From Bythopirellula sp. (lineage in GTDB: Bacteria > Planctomycetota > Planctomycetia > Pirellulales > Lacipirellulaceae), in contig OZ244170.1 in the NCBI GenBank assembly GCA_965216565.1, positions 1,792,001-1,856,000 of the forward strand: a DNA stretch of 64,000 nt, in the 5' to 3' direction. Under the pieces are notes generated by a model. The model saw only the letters and a list, made by a program, of their open reading frames with translations. It was not told the DNA's origin and made no database searches. The translations under genes and the position numbers were made by a program. Shown here one piece after another: positions 57,708 to 64,000 of this stretch. Each line of letters begins with the position of its first letter. Within the stretch, counting starts at the first letter, position 1.

Positions 57708-59630
57708 ATGGATGACTTCAAGCTCCACGTGATCGATCAGGCGATTGTCATCGCCTATTTGTTAGTCACGGTTGCGATTGGTTTTTGGATCTCACGTCGA
57801 GCATCCAAGAGTATGCGGAATTACTTCCTCGGCGGGAATTCGATTGCCTGGTACTTGCTGGGCCTGTCGAACGCCTCGGGAATGTTCGATATTAGCGGCA
57901 CGATGCTGATTGTCGCTTGGCTATACATCTACGGCGTGAAAAGTGTTTGGATTCCCTGGCTTTGGCCGGTGTTCAACCAAATTTTCTTGATGGTGTTTCT
58001 CTCCATTTGGTTGCGTCGCTCAGGTGTGATGACCGGCGCCGAATGGATCCGCTTCCGCTTTGGCGATGGGCGCGGCGCACAGCTAGCACACCTGGTTGTC
58101 GTAGTGTTTGCGTTGGTTTCTGTCATTGGCTTTCTGGCTTATGGGTTTGTCGGCATCGGTAAATTTGCTGCGGAATTCTTGCCGTGGCAAATCTCCGCAG
58201 ACCCAACGATCAATACCAATGCGTACGGGCTGATCATTACGGCAATCGCCACCGTCTACGTCGTCAAGGGCGGGATGTTTAGCGTTGTATTCACTGAAGT
58301 CCTACAGTTCTTGATCATGACGGTTGCCTGTATATGGGTAGGTGTAATCGCCATGCAGCAGGTTTCTCCAGAGATGTTGGCGTCTGCGATTCCCGAAGGC
58401 TGGCGCAATTTGACCTTCGGTTGGCAACTCGATCTCGATTGGTCGGGGATCATGCAAGCCGCGGACGAGAGAATCGCCTCGGATGGCTGGGAGATGTTCT
58501 CGGCGTTCGTTGGACTGATGTTATTCAAAGGCGTGCTACAAAGTATCGCCGGCCCTGCGCCCAATTACGATATGCAGCGTGTCCTTTCGGCCCGCACACC
58601 GCGAGAAGCCGCCTACATGAGTGGTTTCGTCAACCTGGTTCTTCTTGTTCCCCGATACATGCTGGCTACAGGGCTCACCGTGTTGGCATTGGTTTATATG
58701 ACCGATCATATCAGTGCGCAGGGCGACTCAGTCGATTTCGATGCGGTCCTGCCCTTCGCAATCAATAACTTCATGCCGGTCGGGTTGCGAGGCGTTCTCA
58801 TTGCCGCACTGCTGGCTGCTTTCATGTCCACGTATGCGGCAACGGTGAACGCAGCGCCGGCATACGTCGTCAACGATATTTACAAACGCTACATCCGTCC
58901 CGATGCAACCGATAAGACTTACGTCTGGATGAGTTACGCCACCTCAATTGCGGTTGTCATCATTGGTACAGCGTTCGGTTTTCTAACCAAATCGCTTAAC
59001 GACATCGTGCAATGGATTGTCACCGCACTCTATGGTGGCTACACCGCCGCGAATTTGTTGAAATGGATTTGGTGGCGGTTCAATAGCTATGGTTACTTTT
59101 GGGGGATGGCCGTCGGCATGATGTCGGCAGGGATTGTTCCAGAAATATTCGACTATCTCGATGGTGAGCAGATTCTTTCACGTCCTGCAGATATCTACAT
59201 GTTTCCGGTGATTCTAGCGTTCTCCCTCATAGGATGCTTGGCGGGTACTTTCCTCACGAAACCTGACGACATGGATACCCTTAAAGAATTTTATCTACGG
59301 GTGCGACCCTGGGGATTTTGGGCACCTGTCCGCGACCAACTGGCCCAAGAGTATCCAGAAGTACAGCCGAACACCAACTTTACCCGTGATATGCTTAACT
59401 GCTTCGTTGGCATCATCTGGCAAACGGCACTCACGGCGACGGGCATTTTCATAGTACTAGAAGATTTTCGATCTCTCGCAGTCTCGCTCACCTGCGTGGT
59501 TGTTACGTCCGTGATTCTAAAGACCAATTGGTACAATAAGCTTGAGGATTACCCCGCGGATCTTGCGGTCCAGAAGGCTAGATTTCCTGAGCGAGACTCC
59601 GCAATTTCTCCCGATCGTTCCATCACTTAG
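57708..59630 (+). CDS. Sodium:solute symporter, probable manno-oligosaccharide importer
   Basis: NYFLGG, SNASGMFDISG, YDMQRVLS and LAAFMST motifs; lies between GH130 and GH5. Confidence 0.9.
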   Translation: MDDFKLHVIDQAIVIAYLLVTVAIGFWISRRASKSMRNYFLGGNSIAWYLLGLSNASGMFDISGTMLIVAWLYIYGVKSVWIPWLWPVFNQIFLMVFLSIWLRRSGVMTGAEWIRFRFGDGRGAQLAHLVVVVFALVSVIGFLAYGFVGIGKFAAEFLPWQISADPTINTNAYGLIITAIATVYVVKGGMFSVVFTEVLQFLIMTVACIWVGVIAMQQVSPEMLASAIPEGWRNLTFGWQLDLDWSGIMQAADERIASDGWEMFSAFVGLMLFKGVLQSIAGPAPNYDMQRVLSARTPREAAYMSGFVNLVLLVPRYMLATGLTVLALVYMTDHISAQGDSVDFDAVLPFAINNFMPVGLRGVLIAALLAAFMSTYAATVNAAPAYVVNDIYKRYIRPDATDKTYVWMSYATSIAVVIIGTAFGFLTKSLNDIVQWIVTALYGGYTAANLLKWIWWRFNSYGYFWGMAVGMMSAGIVPEIFDYLDGEQILSRPADIYMFPVILAFSLIGCLAGTFLTKPDDMDTLKEFYLRVRPWGFWAPVRDQLAQEYPEVQPNTNFTRDMLNCFVGIIWQTALTATGIFIVLEDFRSLAVSLTCVVVTSVILKTNWYNKLEDYPADLAVQKARFPERDSAISPDRSIT

Positions 59631-62600
59631 GTGTCAGACATGCTTCGATCTCTTTCGGTTTGGACAGCGTTAGTGATTGCCTCGCTCTGTAGTAGTGACC
59701 TATGTGCCGATGAACCGGCAACCAGGATCGATTTTGTTCAGCGTCGAGGCAACCAACTGGTCGTCGGTGAGGATGAGTTTCGGTTCGTTTCATTCAATAT
59801 CCCTAATCTCCACCTCATCGAGGACAACTTCTCGTTAGAGAATTCCAGCCCTTGGCGCTGGCCCAACAAGTTTGAAATTACTGACGCCCTGGAGTCCGTC
59901 CGACAGATGGGTGGCACCGTAGTGCGAACCTACGTGCTAAGTGTGCAACGCGAAGGTTCTGACATGGGAAAACACATCCACGTGCGTGGACCTGGCGATT
60001 TCAATGAAAAGGGATTTGCGGTTCTCGATCAAGTCCTGGCCATTGCCCGGGAAAAAGGTATTCGAGTAATCATTCCGCTTGTCGACAATTGGAAATGGTG
60101 GGGCGGAGTTGCTGAGTATGCTCGGTTTCGTGACAAGAAGCCCGCCGATTTTTGGACCGACGAGCAATTGATCGAAGACTTTAAACAGACGATTCGCTAC
60201 ACACTCAACCGACGTAATACACTGACAGGGATCCCTTACAAAGACGACCCTACGATTCTCGGATGGGAAACGGGCAACGAGTTGGATAGCACACCAGAAT
60301 GGACTCGCCAAATAGCGGCCTACATGAAGGAAATCGACCCCAAGCACCTGGTTATTGACGGTTATGCACTGCATGGCGTTCGGCAAGAGTCCCTCGACGA
60401 CCCCAGCATCGATGTCATCACGACGCATCACTATCCAAACACTGACAAAGACTACATCGCAGCCATTCTCATGGCAAAGAAAAAGATTGGGGGAGCAAAA
60501 CCGTATTTCGTGGGGGAGTTCGGTTTTGTTCCAACCGACGAAATCGAGCGAGTACTCGACACCGTCATCGAGAACGATATCTCAGGAGCACTTATTTGGA
60601 GCCTGCGATTCCACAATCGTGATGGAGGTTTCTACTGGCATCGCGAACCGTCGGGAGACAATCTCTACAAAGCATATCATTGGCCAGGGTTTCCCAGTGG
60701 CGATGCCTACGACGAGCGCGAGATTCTGAGTTTGATGCGCGACAAGGCCTTCGCCATCCGCAACCAACCGATTCCACAAAGAGAGCCACCCGCCCCGCCG
60801 ACGCTACTGCCCATCGACGACGTCGCGGCTATTTCCTGGCAAGGCTCCGCAGGCGCAGCAAGCTACACTGTGGAACGTGCCGAACTTGAGAGTGGTCCGT
60901 GGAAGACGATTGGCCAGTCCATCTCCGATGCTCACGTGCAGTACCGTCCCCTGTATTGCGACGATTCTATCGAACCTGGCTTGCAGTACTATTACAGAGT
61001 TCGCGCGACAAATTCAGCCGGCACTTCCCAACCCTCCAACGTTCGCGGGCCAATTCGTCCGGAAAGAAAGACTCTAGTCGACGAATGTGAAACGATAGAT
61101 CGATTACAGGATTACACAGGTGACATCACCGTCGTCAGCAATCAGGAACGCAAGGTTCAAGAGGACATCCACCGCTTTCTAATTCCTCCGGGTAATTCTA
61201 TCACTTACAAAGTGGACGAAGCTATCGAGTCGTTTCGATTAGTTGTATTCGCAGCGAATGGCAATACGAAGATTGACGTCGCCACATCCGCGGAGGATAG
61301 AAATTATGTTCCTGCGAAATTGAATAGCCGCGTGAACTCAACTAGCGAGGGAGATTACGGCTATTTCCAGCCCATCCTCATCACCGGCACGCCAGCTGCA
61401 GATGGCGAACATTATCTTCGCATCGGGATCCCAGACTCAGCAGACCCTAGCGGTGTGCAAATTTCGCGCGTTGAAATCCGCTATGCGCATCAAGTCCAGG
61501 CTGCTGATAAGCCGTCCAACGATACGAGCACGCAAGCGGCCCCTCTAGGACCTTCGATCTTGCTTCATCACAAGCCGCGCCACACCGCTGGTGTGAAATC
61601 GGTCCGTCGCGCCGCTGACCTGGATTGTCGATGGATCAACGTTGTCGCCACAATGCACTGTCAATTGAATAAAGAACGTCATGTCCTACGCTACGGAGTC
61701 GTGAAGGGACGCAAATTTATTCCCCTCGATGCAAATCTCCTTGAAGCTTTTCGCCGCAGGCTCCGGGATACTTTTCTCGAAGCAATGGATCACGACATGC
61801 ATGTGGCAGTCGTTGCTCATTTGAATTCTTGGGGTAAGACAAACGACTGGAGAAATTTTTTTCAGTTCGACCCACTTCAGAAACTACAGGGCTACTCCTA
61901 CGAGCAAGCCGTAATCGAACCGATTGTTTCAGCACTTGTAGAAGCCGGAGTGCCATTGGCCGAGACGGAGCTTTCCCTGTCCGGCGAAATGGGACATAGC
62001 GTATTCAGTCATGCTGCTTCCTACCGCGCAATGATCGAGAATGTTCGGGGCAGGGCAGTGACCAAGAATCTCGGCCTGGGGGTGAGCTTAAATTTTAACA
62101 ATGTGGCGGGCGAAGCGGAGTCGTCGGACAAGCAACATCTGGAAGTGCAGCGATTGATCGAAGAATCCGACTTTCTGGGATTATCAAACTACCGTTGGTT
62201 TACACTGCCACCTACGACAGAGATTTTTGTCGAGGCCATCGACGACTTCATGACTCAACTACGCGCAAGAAATGTTGATATCCCGCAAGAATTGCCACTG
62301 CACTTTACTGAAGTGGGCATCGGCGGAGGAATTGGCGAGGGTGAAGTAGCACTCACTCCCGATCAAGCTGTCAAAACTCCCTGGGAAGGCAGCGACAAAC
62401 GATCTCGCAACCCGTGGTCGTCCACCACAATGCAATCTTTTCGCTTGCAGTATCATCATGCGTTGTTGGATTTCTTGAAAGAGCAACCCGCATCTCATCG
62501 CGTGAAGAGTGCCTATTTATGGAGCGAGGGTTCTTGGGACCCCATGGACATCCGCGACCGTGGATTCGCCGACCCTCAGATTATTCGAATGATTCAAGAG

Positions 62601-62636
62601 CACAATGCAGAGATTGCAATCACTTCTGCCAAATAG
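59631..62636 (+). CDS. Secreted GH5 beta-mannanase with FN3 and a C-terminal clan GH-A-like domain
   Basis: WKWWGG, YKDDPTILGWETGNEL, HHY, GEFG and IWSL; FN3 YYYRVRATNSAG. Confidence 0.88.
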   Translation: MSDMLRSLSVWTALVIASLCSSDLCADEPATRIDFVQRRGNQLVVGEDEFRFVSFNIPNLHLIEDNFSLENSSPWRWPNKFEITDALESVRQMGGTVVRTYVLSVQREGSDMGKHIHVRGPGDFNEKGFAVLDQVLAIAREKGIRVIIPLVDNWKWWGGVAEYARFRDKKPADFWTDEQLIEDFKQTIRYTLNRRNTLTGIPYKDDPTILGWETGNELDSTPEWTRQIAAYMKEIDPKHLVIDGYALHGVRQESLDDPSIDVITTHHYPNTDKDYIAAILMAKKKIGGAKPYFVGEFGFVPTDEIERVLDTVIENDISGALIWSLRFHNRDGGFYWHREPSGDNLYKAYHWPGFPSGDAYDEREILSLMRDKAFAIRNQPIPQREPPAPPTLLPIDDVAAISWQGSAGAASYTVERAELESGPWKTIGQSISDAHVQYRPLYCDDSIEPGLQYYYRVRATNSAGTSQPSNVRGPIRPERKTLVDECETIDRLQDYTGDITVVSNQERKVQEDIHRFLIPPGNSITYKVDEAIESFRLVVFAANGNTKIDVATSAEDRNYVPAKLNSRVNSTSEGDYGYFQPILITGTPAADGEHYLRIGIPDSADPSGVQISRVEIRYAHQVQAADKPSNDTSTQAAPLGPSILLHHKPRHTAGVKSVRRAADLDCRWINVVATMHCQLNKERHVLRYGVVKGRKFIPLDANLLEAFRRRLRDTFLEAMDHDMHVAVVAHLNSWGKTNDWRNFFQFDPLQKLQGYSYEQAVIEPIVSALVEAGVPLAETELSLSGEMGHSVFSHAASYRAMIENVRGRAVTKNLGLGVSLNFNNVAGEAESSDKQHLEVQRLIEESDFLGLSNYRWFTLPPTTEIFVEAIDDFMTQLRARNVDIPQELPLHFTEVGIGGGIGEGEVALTPDQAVKTPWEGSDKRSRNPWSSTTMQSFRLQYHHALLDFLKEQPASHRVKSAYLWSEGSWDPMDIRDRGFADPQIIRMIQEHNAEIAITSAK

Positions 62637-62855
62637 AATGCCGAATAGAATATTGATCCACAGCGGCAAGGTTCTTCCACCCAGTCCCATCTCCCAAACA
62701 GGCTCAGCCCCGATCTCCAAAATATCGGCCGTGCTCAACCATCCCAATTGTCACTTCGTCGAACTTGAGTTAAGATATCCCACCTTGAATTCAGGTTCTT
62801 TCCCTGAGTCTCAAGAGTCCCTAAATTAGGGACATTCAAACAATTTAAGACCATT

Positions 62856-62929
62856 GGCGGAGTAGCTCAGTTGGTTAGAGCAGCGGAATCATAATCCGCG
62901 TGTCGGGGGTTCGAGTCCCTCCTCCGCTA
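62856..62929 (+). tRNA. tRNA-Met(CAT), elongator type
   Basis: GGCGGAGTAGCTCAGTTGGTTAGAGC...loop ATCATAA...GGTTCGAGTCC; paired 1:72 and no initiator GGG/CCC anticodon stem. Confidence 0.93.
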
Positions 62930-63093
62930 CTTGTGCACAGGGTTGCAGGTTGTGCATAGAGTCGCAATGCTTGGCATAGATCCGCCTAAGGGCGGGCCTT
63001 CTCGAACGGCAGGTCGTAAACCCGAATGCCAGATAGAACTGCGACAGGTGACCCGGATTCGGTAAACAATCTATGGCCGGTGCGATACCAACT

Positions 63094-64000
63094 CTACCTA
63101 GTTGCTCCAGATCTAATTCGGCTCGGGGAACGTCGGTTTCTCGATAGCGATAGTCCGAATGATGCCCCCAACAGCCCCAGACCTAGCGACGAGGGTTCTG
63201 GCACAACGTAGTCGCCGAACGTGGCGTTCAGCTGATTGAACCAGCGATCGGCATGTTCGATGAGACCTGCTTGATTGAAGTGGATACCATCCCAACGCCA
63301 ATTTGTACCGCCGCCATTAATTAAGTCGTCGGTAGAGGCTCCCACAAAATTGAGTGGATCGTTAGCGGCCACCTGTGCCTGTGCCTGGATAATAGCCGGG
63401 TCGGTAGTCGGGTTGAGATACGGTAGGAAAGAAGCTTGTGCTACGCCCCAAGGAATATCGTAGCCGGCATCAATTCGGGACTGAGCGATGATTGTTTCAA
63501 GCCGATTCACGTAATTGGCATTCGAACTATTCGCTTCGTTATCCGCTTCACCTTGATGCCAAAGTACGGCGCGGGCTCCATTGGGGCCAAGTGCTTGAAG
63601 TGCATCCTTGAGCCGGTTGTATAGGGGCTGAGAGTCGGGTCCATTGGCTCCTGGAACCCATTGATCAACACGTGTTCCACCCCAGCCTACCGAAATAAAT
63701 CCGACCGGAACATCCAAATGTCCCACAAGTTGATCACCCAACGCAGGCCAGGGCGATCCCCCAGATCCCGTGGCAATCGGTTGCGGATCATCGGCATGAC
63801 GCCAATTGTTTAGGTCGAAGGACGACACGCGATCTTCGGCCGCAGCTAATGCCGGGCTACCGTCATTGGCCGAGTTGGACTGACCGGCGATAACGAATAC
63901 TTCTCCAACCCCGACTCGTTCAACAGTGCGTTGGTCAACGACACTAGCGCCGTTGAGCGATCGGACTTCGATGTCGTACCAGCCCCCATCGAGGTCGAGA
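63094..64000 (-). CDS. Sialate O-acetylesterase-like (SASA/SGNH) carbohydrate esterase with PEP-CTERM (5' part beyond window)
   Basis: GVGEVFVIAGQSNSAN (~63865-63912), GWGGT, LWHQGEAD and DGIHF; VPEPSS tail. Confidence 0.88.
   Translation of the reverse strand, partial: LDLDGGWYDIEVRSLNGASVVDQRTVERVGVGEVFVIAGQSNSANDGSPALAAAEDRVSSFDLNNWRHADDPQPIATGSGGSPWPALGDQLVGHLDVPVGFISVGWGGTRVDQWVPGANGPDSQPLYNRLKDALQALGPNGARAVLWHQGEADNEANSSNANYVNRLETIIAQSRIDAGYDIPWGVAQASFLPYLNPTTDPAIIQAQAQVAANDPLNFVGASTDDLINGGGTNWRWDGIHFNQAGLIEHADRWFNQLNATFGDYVVPEPSSLGLGLLGASFGLSLSRNRRSPSRIRSGATR

Noticed and set aside
62627..62651. 12 bp tandem duplication TGCCAAATAGAA/TGCCGAATAGAA at the GH5 stop
   Set aside because: Only two imperfect units with no associated element; probably slippage
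44377..62929. att-type direct repeats bounding the mannan region between tRNA-Leu and tRNA-Met
   Set aside because: The tRNA 3' ends point away from the region and I found no tRNA-fragment duplication, so integrase-mediated insertion is unsupported

Overview
A 64 kb bacterial chromosomal segment. DUF1559/H-X9-DG pilin-like genes, six PEP-CTERM proteins (three with dockerin-like EF-hand repeats) and tRNAs lacking encoded CCA point to a planctomycete, probably Lacipirellulaceae-like (inference). The left half is mostly housekeeping: nusB-ftsY, a sigma54-driven amtB-glnK operon, a complete H+-type F1Fo ATP synthase operon, larE, thiO, SSS symporters, an acyltransferase and a class III cyclase, with several REP/MITE-like palindromes. 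The middle holds a 3.5 kb islet bounded by tRNA-Asp and a 35 bp copy of its 3' part, carrying a PEP-CTERM serine protease and a decayed PEP-CTERM gene. It is followed by an L-rhamnose operon whose only transporter is NCS1-like, and a DeoR-mqo pair. The right third, between tRNA-Leu and tRNA-Met, is the best candidate for a little-described system: a beta-mannan utilisation regulon with no SusC/SusD or TonB receptor. It encodes PEP-CTERM-anchored GH26 and GH113, two non-catalytic PEP-CTERM proteins built from a repeated unnamed CBM-like domain, a DUF1559 pilin plus lipoprotein pair, GH130, an SSS symporter, and a GH5 with a second GH113-like catalytic domain. Five copies of a TA-centred 18 bp palindrome link these units; three overlap promoter-like elements. 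They are probably bound by the local LacI protein, which has an atypical hinge helix. All calls come from reading motifs by eye; no database search was run.
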